In this document: in pieces, positions 37,644 to 47,534 of the stretch
Position numbering within the stretch: the first letter of the stretch is position 1
How the letters are laid out: each line of letters begins with the position of its first letter
From: a candidate division WOR-3 bacterium
Lineage (GTDB): Bacteria; Hydrothermota; 32-111
Direction of reading: 5' to 3'
Assembly (NCBI GenBank): GCA_037481815.1
Contig: JBBFKX010000002.1
Location: 224,001-288,000 of the forward strand
Length of the DNA stretch: 64,000 nt
Notes under the pieces: generated by a model
What the model saw: only the letters and a program-made list of their open reading frames with translations
Told to the model about the DNA's origin: nothing
The model's database searches: none
Made by a program: the position numbers and the translations under genes

Positions 37644-37671
37644 TTGACAAAATGGAGTAAAAAGGTAAAAT
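37644..37671 (+). promoter_or_regulatory. dcw operon promoter
   Basis: TTGACA (37644-37649), 16 nt, TAAAAT (37666-37671). Confidence 0.7.
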
Positions 37672-37710
37672 ATGGTAAAAAATGGTAAAAAATGGAGTAC
37701 CATGGAAACA
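37651..37710 (+). repeat. six 10-bp-period direct repeats, candidate MraZ binding boxes
   Basis: aatggagtaa|aaaggtaaaa|tatggtaaaa|aatggtaaaa|aatggagtac|catggaaaca; GG at 37654, 37664, 37674, 37684, 37694, 37704. Confidence 0.75.
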
Positions 37711-38139
37711 AAGTTGAGATTCATCGGATTTAAAATTGTTAACATTGAAGAGAACGGGAGAATAATCATTCCATCAGTATTCAGAGAGAATCTCAACTCT
37801 AAAGTTTTCTTCATCATACCTGGAAGAGAAAAAGTTTTGCATATCTATCCTGAAATCTCGTTTTTGAAACTTGAAGAGAAAATAGAAAAACTTGAATCAG
37901 AAGAAGAAAAAAGCATCATCATAAATACAATCTTTGCTAATTCAAGAAAGGTCGTAAGAGATTCTGTCTGGAGGATATCAATTCCGCAACAACTTCTCGA
38001 TCATGCAAATTTAAAGAACGAGGTAAAAATAGTCGGAGCAAAAGATAAACTTGATTTCTGGAACCCAGATATTCATGAAGAGTTCAACAGAAAACTATTA
38101 TCAGAAAAAATTGATCTATTCAAAAAGGTAGGTTTATGA
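37702..38139 (+). CDS. mraZ: transcriptional regulator MraZ (divergent)
   Basis: GRIIIPSVFR and RISIPQQL..HA.L..EV.IVG..D....W.P repeats; heads the dcw cluster. ATG at 37702 has a GGAG SD; the ORF-track start at 37672 lies in the promoter repeats. Confidence 0.85.
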   Translation: METKLRFIGFKIVNIEENGRIIIPSVFRENLNSKVFFIIPGREKVLHIYPEISFLKLEEKIEKLESEEEKSIIINTIFANSRKVVRDSVWRISIPQQLLDHANLKNEVKIVGAKDKLDFWNPDIHEEFNRKLLSEKIDLFKKVGL

Positions 38140-38480
38140 TGAAACTCTATCTTGAAAAAAAAGTATCATATTCCCTTTTAAAAATAACTGGAAACATAGA
38201 TTTAAACGATCTTAAAAGTTTGAGAGAAACCTTACAGATGTTGGCGGATCAAAACAAACCTCTTATAATAGATCTAAGAAATTTGAAAAATACCCATTAT
38301 AAAATAGGATTACTTCTAAGAGGGATAAAGAGATTATTTTTAAGGAGATGTTTACCATTAAAAATCGTATGCAGAGATCCTTATATACTTACGATAATTT
38401 CGCTCTTTGATTATGATATAGTGTACGATACCACGAAAGATCTCGTTTCAGCAAAAAATTTTATTGAATTGAAAATCTGA
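38136..38480 (+). CDS. STAS-domain-like protein (anti-anti-sigma fold) lacking the DSSG phosphoacceptor motif
   Basis: 114 aa with the pattern LLKITGNIDL...LRETL...LIIDLRNL...LKIV...PYI..I; ATGA overlap with mraZ. Confidence 0.6.
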   Translation: MMKLYLEKKVSYSLLKITGNIDLNDLKSLRETLQMLADQNKPLIIDLRNLKNTHYKIGLLLRGIKRLFLRRCLPLKIVCRDPYILTIISLFDYDIVYDTTKDLVSAKNFIELKI

Positions 38481-38482
38481 TT

Positions 38483-39322
38483 ATGCATCAACCCGTAATG
38501 GTGGAAAGCGTAATAGAAAACTTAAAAATACGGGGAGATGGAACATATTTAGATCTGACAGCGGGTTTTGGGGGACATTCAAAAAAGATTCTAGAAAAAT
38601 TATCAGAAAGAGGGAAATTGATACTTGTTGACAGAGATCCTTTTGCTATAGAACATTTGAAAAACATTTTTAAAGAAAACAAGAACGTTGTTATTTTAAA
38701 AATGAATTTTAAAGATATCTCTTTTGACTTTAAATTCGATGGAATACTTTTGGATCTCGGTGTATCATCCTATCAGTATGATACATCTTCTCGAGGTTTT
38801 TCTTATAGATACAATGCTCCACTCGATCTGAGAATGGATCCTGAGGAAAAAAATAGATTTTCAGAAATTTTCAAAATGAACGTTTCCCAAATCGCTTCAA
38901 TTATAAAAGATTACTCTGAAGAATATGATTCTGAAAATATTGCAAAAGAGATTTTTAAAAAGATCCAAAAAGATGAGTTAAAAACAACTTTTGACCTGAA
39001 AGAAGCTATAATCAAAGGAAAAAAAGGAAGGGATGTTCCAAAAGGTTTAAAACGAGTTTTTATGGCTTTTAGAATTTTTGTAAACGACGAATTGAACTCT
39101 CTTGAAATCTTATTGAACAAACTATCAAAAATTACAAATCCAAAATCGAGAGTGGTTATAATCACCTATCACTCAATTGAGGACAGGTTGGTAAAAAATT
39201 TCATAAAAAATTCAAAAGATTTTATTCCAGTTTTCAAAAAGGTATTAAGACCAACATTTGAAGAGATCAGGAACAACAAAAGGGCAAAATCAGCAAAGAT
39301 GAGAGTTTTTGAAAGAGTATGA
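38483..39322 (+). CDS. rsmH: 16S rRNA m4C1402 methyltransferase
   Basis: H.PVM, DLT.G.GGHS, DLGVSS.Q, RGFS....PLDLRMD, F.A.RI.VNDEL, ITYHSIEDRLVK, SAKMR. Confidence 0.95.
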   Translation: MHQPVMVESVIENLKIRGDGTYLDLTAGFGGHSKKILEKLSERGKLILVDRDPFAIEHLKNIFKENKNVVILKMNFKDISFDFKFDGILLDLGVSSYQYDTSSRGFSYRYNAPLDLRMDPEEKNRFSEIFKMNVSQIASIIKDYSEEYDSENIAKEIFKKIQKDELKTTFDLKEAIIKGKKGRDVPKGLKRVFMAFRIFVNDELNSLEILLNKLSKITNPKSRVVIITYHSIEDRLVKNFIKNSKDFIPVFKKVLRPTFEEIRNNKRAKSAKMRVFERV

Positions 39323-39576
39323 AAAAAGTTTTTTTTATAATTTTAGTTTTTATCTATCTTCTACTTTTTCCTTTAACCAGATTTTATATTTTAAAATTAA
39401 CAAGTTCAAACGATTTTTTAAGACGAGAGTTAAAAGAACATCAAAAGAAAAAAAATGAACTTTTGTTGAAAATAGATTATCTGACATCCATAACTAGGTT
39501 GGAAAAGGTTGCTTTTGATACTTTAAATTTAAAGTATCCTGCTGGAAAAGATTATGAATGGATATCTAAAAAATAG
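39319..39576 (+). CDS. ftsL: cell division protein FtsL-like
   Basis: TM plus coiled coil and L.S..RLEKVA...L.L; position between rsmH and the PBP gene. Confidence 0.7.
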   Translation: MKKVFFIILVFIYLLLFPLTRFYILKLTSSNDFLRRELKEHQKKKNELLLKIDYLTSITRLEKVAFDTLNLKYPAGKDYEWISKK

Positions 39577-41299
39577 AAAAGAAAAAAGTGTAAACGTTTT
39601 TCTAAAAAACTCATTGAGCATTTTTACAACGATATTCGTGATAATTTTGGTTTTGAATCTGTTTTACAAGCAGATAGTTCTACACTATTCTCTTGATGAT
39701 CTGTATAGAAAGAAAAGTTCTATAAAATTCTTTGATAAAGCCGAAAGAGGACTTATAAAGGATAGAAAAGGATATGTTATTGCAACAAACATCAACTCTT
39801 ACAACATATATGTATCAAAAAAACTTGTTAAAGATAAAGAAAAAGTTGCAAGAATCCTTTCAGAAAACTCTATAATTGATTATTATACCGCATTAAAAAA
39901 ACTTAATTCAAGAAAAGAGTGGATCCCTATAAAATTTAACGTTGATGAAAATATAGCTTTAAAATTAAAAAACAGGTATCCAAGTATAATTGTTAAAGAA
40001 GAAAAAACCAGATATTATAATAAACCAGAAGTGTTTTCAAATGTTATAGGTTTTGTAGGTGTAGATGATACTGGTCTTGAAGGGATCGAATATAAATATG
40101 ACAAAATCTTAAAAGGTAAAAATGGTTACATAACCTACCAGAAAAAACCAAATGGAAAAATATACAAACATCCTTTAAATGAAGATAAACCGGCAAAAAA
40201 AGGAAAAGATATAACTTTAACTCTCGATTATAGGTTTCAGGAAGCATGTTATAACATCGCAAAAGATTATTGTGAGAAATTTTCTGCAAAAAAGGCCCTC
40301 GTTATAGTGTTACAGAGTAAAACAGGAGAAATTTTTGCAATGGCTGAATATCCATCTTACAATTCGAATCTTCATGGGTTGGGTGATATTTCCAGCTATC
40401 AAAACTATGGAGCTGTAAACCTGTTTGAACCAGGTTCAGTTTTCAAAATTGTTGTAACTGCAGCAGCTATAGAAGCAGGTTTTGATACATCGGTCATATT
40501 AAAAGAAGAAGATGAAGATACTTTGATAATCTCAAAAAAAAGGATAACAGATTCTCATGATTTTGGAAAATTGAATTTTAAAGAATCTTTTACTGTTTCA
40601 AGTAATATAGCGTTCGTAAACCTTGGTAAAAAAATAGGGAAAGAAAAAATTTACAGTATGATCAAAAGGTTTAACTTCTTATCAAAAACTAACTCCGGTT
40701 TTCCCGGCGAACAATCGGGACAAATTACACCTTTAGAAAAATGCAGGGAAATAAATTTTGCCAATCTTTGTTTTGGGCAGGGAATCAGTGTTACTGCATT
40801 ACAACTTGTGGCTGCATACAATTGTATAGCAAATGATGGTATTTATATAAATCCCAAAATCGTTAAAGAGGTTGATAATAGAACAGCGGTAAAAAATATA
40901 AAAGAAAAAGTTCTTCAAAAAAATGTTGCATTAAAAATTAAAGAATTATTGTTGTCAGTAGTTGAGATGGGAACCGGATTAAAGGCAAAAGTTGATGGAA
41001 TAAAAATAGCAGGAAAAACTGGAACAGCAGAAAAATATATTGAAAACATAGGTTATAAAAAAGGATATTACATCTCTTCCTTTGTGGGATTCTTCCCTGC
41101 TGATGATCCTGAGTTTACCATCTTAACACTGCTCGATGAACCTAAAAACCAGTATTGGGCAAGTGAAACAACCGCTCCGATGTTCTCGGATGTTTTAAAA
41201 AGAATAATAAATCTTGACGACTACAGATTTCTTGTGGAAAAGAATAAAGAAAGGGAGACAATCGAAAATGGAACTAAAAGATTTGCTAAAAGATCTTGA
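39554..41299 (+). CDS. ftsI: division transpeptidase FtsI (class B PBP)
   Basis: RG.I.DR, GLEGIE, EPGSVFK (SxxK), SSN, FGQG, KTGT. Confidence 0.9.
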   Translation: MNGYLKNRKEKSVNVFLKNSLSIFTTIFVIILVLNLFYKQIVLHYSLDDLYRKKSSIKFFDKAERGLIKDRKGYVIATNINSYNIYVSKKLVKDKEKVARILSENSIIDYYTALKKLNSRKEWIPIKFNVDENIALKLKNRYPSIIVKEEKTRYYNKPEVFSNVIGFVGVDDTGLEGIEYKYDKILKGKNGYITYQKKPNGKIYKHPLNEDKPAKKGKDITLTLDYRFQEACYNIAKDYCEKFSAKKALVIVLQSKTGEIFAMAEYPSYNSNLHGLGDISSYQNYGAVNLFEPGSVFKIVVTAAAIEAGFDTSVILKEEDEDTLIISKKRITDSHDFGKLNFKESFTVSSNIAFVNLGKKIGKEKIYSMIKRFNFLSKTNSGFPGEQSGQITPLEKCREINFANLCFGQGISVTALQLVAAYNCIANDGIYINPKIVKEVDNRTAVKNIKEKVLQKNVALKIKELLLSVVEMGTGLKAKVDGIKIAGKTGTAEKYIENIGYKKGYYISSFVGFFPADDPEFTILTLLDEPKNQYWASETTAPMFSDVLKRIINLDDYRFLVEKNKERETIENGTKRFAKRS

Positions 41300-42719
41300 A
41301 GTTGAAACTTTTAATTTAAAAAATGTCGAAATAACCGATATTACAGATGACTCAAGGAAAGTGATAAAAGGTTCCCTTTTTGTCGCTTTAAAAGGAAACA
41401 ATTATAATGGAAACCTGTTTATAAAAGATGCTATAAAACAGGGTGCTCTCGCTGTTTTAACAGAAGAAAATCCAAAGGAGAATCTTGATGTCCCAATAAT
41501 TATTTCAAAGGATATCAATAACGATACAAAAAAAATTGCAAAGAAATTCTATGATAACCCTTTCAACAAAATAAAAACGATAGGAGTAACAGGAACAAAT
41601 GGAAAAACAACCACAACATATTTGATTAAATCCATTTTAGATCTAAATTATAAAACTGGGCTTATAGGAACAATAAAAACGATAATAAACAATAAAGAAT
41701 TTGAATCGATCAACACTACACCTAACACATTAACACTGATAAAACTTTTCAAAAACATGGTGGATGAAAAGGTTGATTATGCGGTTATGGAAGTTTCAAG
41801 CCACGGACTCAAATTGAACAGAATAGATGGTATAACCTTTGAGTCAGTCATATTTACAAACCTGACTCAGGATCACCTTGATTTTCATAAAAACATGGAA
41901 GATTATAGAAACTCGAAATTGATACTCTTTTCTCTTGTGAAAGAAAATGGAAGCAGCATAATAAATCTCGATGATCCGAACTCAAAATATTTTGTCGAAT
42001 CATCTAAAGCAAAGAATGTCTTTACCTTTGGAATAAAAAATCGGGACGCAAGATTTCAAATAAAAATTGAAAAGATTTCACTCGATGGTTCAATTTTCAC
42101 GATCGTTGACAAACAAGAAAATAAAAACTATCAAATAAAAACTAAACTCATCGGTGAACCCAATATTTACAATTGTGCATCAGCTTTTCTCACCTGCTAC
42201 TCACTTAAAATTCCTGTGGAAAAAATCAAAGATGGTTTAGAAAAAGCTAATCCTGTAAAAGGAAGATATGAAATATATTATGATAGAAGGGGATTTAAAA
42301 TCATAATCGATTATGCTCATTCTCCGGATTCACTTGAAAGGTTGATAAAAACTGTAAGAAGATTAACCCCGGGAAAAATAATAACAGTTTTCGGATGCGG
42401 TGGAGATCGAGATAAAGAAAAAAGACCAATAATGGGTAAAATAGCATCGCATCTTTCGGATATAGTTGTGTTAACTTCAGATAATCCAAGAAATGAAGAT
42501 CCTAACAGGATAATCGACGATATTATTGAAGGAATAATTGAAAAAAACTACATAGTTGAGGTTAACAGAAAAAATGCTATAAAACTTGCTTTTTCTCATG
42601 CGAGTGAAAACGATTCGATCATTATAGCTGGAAAAGGTCATGAAGATTATCAAATAATTAAGAATAAAAAATACCATTTCGATGACAGTGAAATTGTAAA
42701 AAGTTTTATGAAATCGTAA
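41268..42719 (+). CDS. murE: MurE, UDP-MurNAc-dipeptide--diaminopimelate ligase
   Basis: GVTGTNGKTT, MEVSSH, DHLDFH, DYAH.PD, DNPR (meso-DAP specificity), AGKGHE; ATG at 41268 (MELKDL) preferred. Confidence 0.95.
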   Translation: MELKDLLKDLEVETFNLKNVEITDITDDSRKVIKGSLFVALKGNNYNGNLFIKDAIKQGALAVLTEENPKENLDVPIIISKDINNDTKKIAKKFYDNPFNKIKTIGVTGTNGKTTTTYLIKSILDLNYKTGLIGTIKTIINNKEFESINTTPNTLTLIKLFKNMVDEKVDYAVMEVSSHGLKLNRIDGITFESVIFTNLTQDHLDFHKNMEDYRNSKLILFSLVKENGSSIINLDDPNSKYFVESSKAKNVFTFGIKNRDARFQIKIEKISLDGSIFTIVDKQENKNYQIKTKLIGEPNIYNCASAFLTCYSLKIPVEKIKDGLEKANPVKGRYEIYYDRRGFKIIIDYAHSPDSLERLIKTVRRLTPGKIITVFGCGGDRDKEKRPIMGKIASHLSDIVVLTSDNPRNEDPNRIIDDIIEGIIEKNYIVEVNRKNAIKLAFSHASENDSIIIAGKGHEDYQIIKNKKYHFDDSEIVKSFMKS

Positions 42720-42724
42720 AAATT

Positions 42725-44059
42725 ATGGAAAAAATTAATTTTGAGTTTATCGAAAAAGCAACAAAAGGAAAACCAGTTAACATACAAGATTTTTCAAAAT
42801 TCGTTGAAGATATTTCAACAGATAGTAGAAATATTAAAAAAAACTCACTATTCGTACCAATAAAGGGGGATAGGTTCGATGGTCATGACTTCATTCAGGA
42901 CAGTTTCAACAAAGGTGCAATTTTAACATTAAGCGAAAAGGATCTGAACGGTTTACCATATATAAAAGTGAAAGACACCATATTAGCATTAAATGGTTTA
43001 GCAAGAGAGTATTTAAAAAAATTCAAACCCTTAAAAATAGGAATAACAGGTTCAAATGGAAAAACAACAACAAAAGATATGATCTATTCTGTTATAGATA
43101 ACGATAATAAAATTGCAACAAAAGGTAATACCAATAATCTAATTGGAGTTCCTTTAAACATATTCAGAGTCGACCAAAAAACTAAATATCTAATTCTTGA
43201 GATGGGGATGAATAACAAAGGGGAACTTTCCTTATTGAGTGATACAGTTGGACCCGATATCGTAATAATCACAAACATAAACGAATCACATATAGGAAAT
43301 TTTGAATCTTTCGATCATCTGATCGAAGCTAAATTTGAAATTTTAAAAAATTTCAAAGGGAACCACCCTATCATAATAAATGGTGATAATCCTTACATTT
43401 TAAACAAACTTCCAGGGAATTTAAAACATATCACCTTCGGCTTAAAGAATGAAAATGATGTTTTTCCAGAAAAATTTGAAATCGAGCAAACTTATTCAAA
43501 AATTTTTATAGGTGGAAAGGAATTTAAAATCAACATTCCTGGAATCGGTGGGATACATTCTTTTCTGATTGTTTACACTTTAAAAAAGTTTTTTGAAAAT
43601 CTTATTGAGATTGACCTTGAAAAAGGTCTTGAAGGTTTCTACCCATCAGAAAACAGAATGAACATTATTTCAATAGACAGAATCACAATAATAGATGATT
43701 CATACAATGCGAATCCAGCATCGATGAAAAATGGAATTGAAGTGCTTTCAAAATTCAATTCAAGAAAAATCGCCGTTCTTTCAGATATGCTTGAATTGGG
43801 TAAAGAATCTGAAAGATTACATAAAAAAATTGGGGAGATATTGAACGAAAATAAAATCGATGTACTTTTAACATTTGGAAATTATTCCAAATCGATTAAC
43901 TCAAATTTCATTGGAGAAAAATACCATTTCGATGAAAAGGAAAAACTTTTAGATTTTTTAAAAAGATTTATTAAAGAAGGAGATACGCTACTCGTTAAAG
44001 GTTCGCATCATTTTGAAATGTATGAAATAGTAAAACAGTTAAAGGAATATTTAAAATGA
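42725..44059 (+). CDS. murF: MurF, D-Ala-D-Ala adding enzyme
   Basis: TDSR, FDGHDF, ITGSNGKTTTK, EMGM, DSYNANP.SM, DMLELG, VKGS. Confidence 0.95.
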   Translation: MEKINFEFIEKATKGKPVNIQDFSKFVEDISTDSRNIKKNSLFVPIKGDRFDGHDFIQDSFNKGAILTLSEKDLNGLPYIKVKDTILALNGLAREYLKKFKPLKIGITGSNGKTTTKDMIYSVIDNDNKIATKGNTNNLIGVPLNIFRVDQKTKYLILEMGMNNKGELSLLSDTVGPDIVIITNINESHIGNFESFDHLIEAKFEILKNFKGNHPIIINGDNPYILNKLPGNLKHITFGLKNENDVFPEKFEIEQTYSKIFIGGKEFKINIPGIGGIHSFLIVYTLKKFFENLIEIDLEKGLEGFYPSENRMNIISIDRITIIDDSYNANPASMKNGIEVLSKFNSRKIAVLSDMLELGKESERLHKKIGEILNENKIDVLLTFGNYSKSINSNFIGEKYHFDEKEKLLDFLKRFIKEGDTLLVKGSHHFEMYEIVKQLKEYLK

Positions 44060-45129
44060 TATCAACTATTTTATCTTACATTTTTCAGGATGTGGCTCTG
44101 TTTAAATATATTACATTCAAAGCTGCCATGTCTTCGATAACATCTCTTTTTTTCATATTCATCTTTGGAAGAAAACTTGTTAACCTTCTGAAAAGGTTTT
44201 CTGTTACTGAAAAGATCAGAGAAGATGGGCCAAAACAACATTTCAAAAAAGAAGGTACTCCAACGATGGGAGGGATAATAATAATTCTCTCTATCTTATT
44301 GGGAACGATTCTTTGGGCTGATCTTTCGAATATCTATATCAGGTTTATTCTGATGATAACTCTTTTATTCTTCATCCTCGGATTTACTGATGATATTTTA
44401 AAGTTTAAAAACAAAAAGGGATTGATACCAAAGTACAAACTTATATTCCAGTTTGTCATCTCAATTCTAATTTTCGTTTTTATAACAAAAAATACCGATT
44501 ATTATGATTTTAAATACCAAACGAATATTCTTTTTATCAAAAACATCCTTGTTAATCTCTCTTTAATGTATCTTCCATTCATCATAATAGTTCTTCTTGG
44601 AACTACAAACGCTGTAAATTTGACAGATGGACTTGATGGTCTCGCTTCCGGAATGCTTGCCATTGTTTTCACATTGTTTGCAATAGTAACCTATATAATG
44701 GGAAACAAAGTGTTCAGTAACTATCTTAACATACTTTACATCAAAAATATTGGAGAACTTTCTGTTTTCATCTTAACATGTGCATCAGCATCACTTGGAT
44801 TCCTATGGTTCAACTCCTATCCTGCTGAAATCTTTATGGGAGATACGGGTTCCATAACACTTGGTGGAATCCTTGCAACCATAGCAATTTTATCGAAACA
44901 GGAAATACTTTTACTGATAGGTGGTGGATTGTTTGCAGTTGAAGCATTATCCTCTTTGATACAGATATACTATTTCAAAATAACCAAAGGAAAAAGATTC
45001 TTCAAAATGGCTCCACTGCATCACCATTTTGAACTTTCTGGAATACCCGAGTCAAAAATAGTCATAAGATTCTGGATCATAACGATCCTTCTTGTGATAA
45101 TAGCTTTAAGCACTCTGAAAGTGAGATGA
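44056..45129 (+). CDS. mraY: phospho-N-acetylmuramoyl-pentapeptide transferase
   Basis: KEGTPTMGG, GFTDD, NAVNLTDGLDGL, FMGDTGS, MAPLHHHFE. Confidence 0.97.
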   Translation: MISTILSYIFQDVALFKYITFKAAMSSITSLFFIFIFGRKLVNLLKRFSVTEKIREDGPKQHFKKEGTPTMGGIIIILSILLGTILWADLSNIYIRFILMITLLFFILGFTDDILKFKNKKGLIPKYKLIFQFVISILIFVFITKNTDYYDFKYQTNILFIKNILVNLSLMYLPFIIIVLLGTTNAVNLTDGLDGLASGMLAIVFTLFAIVTYIMGNKVFSNYLNILYIKNIGELSVFILTCASASLGFLWFNSYPAEIFMGDTGSITLGGILATIAILSKQEILLLIGGGLFAVEALSSLIQIYYFKITKGKRFFKMAPLHHHFELSGIPESKIVIRFWIITILLVIIALSTLKVR

Positions 45130-45130
45130 T

Positions 45131-46483
45131 ATGAACGAGTTTGAGAATAAAAAAATAGGTATCGTTGGATTTGGAAGAAGTGGACAAAATGTTGCAAAAA
45201 TCTTAAAAGCAAGAGGTGCAAATATCTTTGTTAGTGAAAATAAAAATATGAACATGGACCAGTTAAAAATTATTGCTGATTACAATTTGGATTATGAAAT
45301 AGGACATTCAGAAAAACTTCTTTCAAATGATATTATTGTAATTAGTCCTGGAGTCGATAACAATATTGAAATAATAAAAAAAGCAAGAAATCAAAAAATA
45401 CCAATCTTTTCTGAAATCGAAATAGCATCAAGATTTTTAAAAAATAAAGTTATTGCGATCACAGGAACGAATGGGAAATCAACAACAGCATTTCTAACAT
45501 ATCAACTTTTGAAATTGAATGGGAAAAAAGCATATCTTGGAGGAAACATAAGTCCGGGGAAATCTTTAAGTGAAATTGTAATTGAAAATCCTTCAAAAGA
45601 CGCCATAGTGGTTGTTGAAATATCATCATTTCAACTTGAAAACATTTCAAAATTTTCCCCAAATATAGGAATCATAACATCAATATCAGATGACCATCTT
45701 GATAGATATTCTTCATTTCAAGATTATCTCAACACAAAGTTAAAACTTTTGAAGAGTGTAAAAAAAGATGGTTATAAAATTTTAAATCATGACAACGAAT
45801 TTTTGAGAGTTCAAAAAGATCAAAACACTTTCTTTGTTTCAGTAACAGAGGAACTTGAAAATGGTGGTTTTTTAAATGGTGATAGCGTGGTTATAAGGTT
45901 CAACAGGCAAGAACTAATATTTGATATTAAAAAATTCAATCTTATAGGGATACACAACAAACAGAATTTAATTTTCGCCATTCTTTCAACATTTTTGATT
46001 TCAGATAAAGAACTTAAAATCAACTCTGAAGATTTTTCACAACTAAAAGGGATAGAGCATAGACTTGAATTTGTAGGACAGATAAATAACAAAAAAATCT
46101 ATAACAATTCAATGTGCACAAACCCTGAAGCATTTATCAAATCTGTAGAATCGCTTGGAAACAAACAGATCATAATAGTCGGTGGAAGAAACAAAAACTT
46201 TAATTTTGAATCGATCATAGATACTATAAAACAACATGCTGTATTTGTTGTGGTTATAGGTGAAGTAAGAGATATCCTTATAGAAAAACTTCTCAGAAAT
46301 GGATACAAAAAATTTTATTCTGCAGATTCACTTGATGATGCTGTAAAGAAATCTCTTGAAATCGAAGATGGAGAAATTATAAACTTTTCCCCTGGATTCA
46401 GTTCATTTGATATGTTTAAAGATTTTATTGATAGAGGTAACAAATTTAAGGAAATAGTAAAGAAATATGAGAGACATCCATAA
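45131..46483 (+). CDS. murD: MurD, D-glutamate ligase
   Basis: G.GRSG, SPG, AITGTNGKST, EISSFQL, DHLDRY, HRLE, SFD.F..F..RG..F. Confidence 0.95.
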   Translation: MNEFENKKIGIVGFGRSGQNVAKILKARGANIFVSENKNMNMDQLKIIADYNLDYEIGHSEKLLSNDIIVISPGVDNNIEIIKKARNQKIPIFSEIEIASRFLKNKVIAITGTNGKSTTAFLTYQLLKLNGKKAYLGGNISPGKSLSEIVIENPSKDAIVVVEISSFQLENISKFSPNIGIITSISDDHLDRYSSFQDYLNTKLKLLKSVKKDGYKILNHDNEFLRVQKDQNTFFVSVTEELENGGFLNGDSVVIRFNRQELIFDIKKFNLIGIHNKQNLIFAILSTFLISDKELKINSEDFSQLKGIEHRLEFVGQINNKKIYNNSMCTNPEAFIKSVESLGNKQIIIVGGRNKNFNFESIIDTIKQHAVFVVVIGEVRDILIEKLLRNGYKKFYSADSLDDAVKKSLEIEDGEIINFSPGFSSFDMFKDFIDRGNKFKEIVKKYERHP

Positions 46484-47534
46484 AATTTATTTTATAGTTT
46501 TGCTACTTTTGATATGTGGACTGGTTATTTTGACTTCTGCTACAACATTTTTGAGTTACCAGAATAAATCCTTTAAGAACAACCCATACTATTTTTTGAC
46601 AAGACAGATATGCTGGGTAATAATTGGGATTTTAGTAGCCATAGTTATAAGTAACATAGATATAAGGAAAATCAACGAGAAAATCTTTTTTTATATTTTG
46701 ATCATATCAATTTTTCTTCTTGTAGTTGTTCTATTCACAAAACCTATAAATGGTGCAAAAAGATGGCTAAGATTTTCTTCATTTTCATTCCAGCCATCAG
46801 AATTCGCTGAACTTGCAATGCTTTTATACGTTTCAAAAAAGTTTTCGAGTGTAAAAAACCAGAAAGATATAATCATACCTATACTCTTTTCTTTTATAGT
46901 AATAGGTTTAATCGCAATAGAACCTAACATATCATACGCTTTAACTCTGATGATAATTTTGATTGTTATAATGATATACAGTGAAATTCCTGCTGGATAT
47001 ACCTTATCAATAATTTTGTTTACGATTTTGTTTTCTCCAATAATAATTTTAAAATACCCACACGCCCTTTTAAGAATAAAAATGTTTTTAAACAAAGTTC
47101 CAGATAATTCACAGATATCCGATTCTGTTCTTGCGATAGCAAACGGTGGACTCTTTGGAAAAGGAATAGGATCTGGACAGATGAAACTCCTGTTTATACC
47201 GGAAATTCAGAGTGATTATATATTTACAACGATCGCAGAGGAGACAGGATTTTTGGGAAGTATCTTTATTATTCTGATATATATTTCACTTTTTAAACTT
47301 GGTAAGGAGATCTCTAAAAAGAATATGTACATTAATAGATTTTTTTACATACTCGCTTTTTCTATTTCTTTTACAATATTTATAAAAGCTATGTTTCATA
47401 TTGCAATATCACTACAAATGTTTCCATCAACAGGAGTTACTCTTCCTTTTATATCATACGGTGGAACATCGATGTTGATAAATCTTATCTTGCTCGGATT
47501 ACTTGTTAATATAGAGAGGTACAATGAGTTTTAA
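46467..47534 (+). CDS. ftsW: SEDS protein FtsW
   Basis: GAKRW, QPSEFA, GG.FGKG.G, PE.QSDYIF...EE.G, P.TGVTLPFISYGGTS. Confidence 0.92.
   Translation: MRDIHKIYFIVLLLLICGLVILTSATTFLSYQNKSFKNNPYYFLTRQICWVIIGILVAIVISNIDIRKINEKIFFYILIISIFLLVVVLFTKPINGAKRWLRFSSFSFQPSEFAELAMLLYVSKKFSSVKNQKDIIIPILFSFIVIGLIAIEPNISYALTLMIILIVIMIYSEIPAGYTLSIILFTILFSPIIILKYPHALLRIKMFLNKVPDNSQISDSVLAIANGGLFGKGIGSGQMKLLFIPEIQSDYIFTTIAEETGFLGSIFIILIYISLFKLGKEISKKNMYINRFFYILAFSISFTIFIKAMFHIAISLQMFPSTGVTLPFISYGGTSMLINLILLGLLVNIERYNEF

Noticed and set aside
37651..37710. Short tandem repeats as a CRISPR array or VNTR, and the 37672 start for mraZ
   Set aside because: The units are 10 bp with no spacers or cas genes, and their position fits MraZ boxes. 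The upstream ATG directly abuts the -10 and adds only repeat-derived residues.
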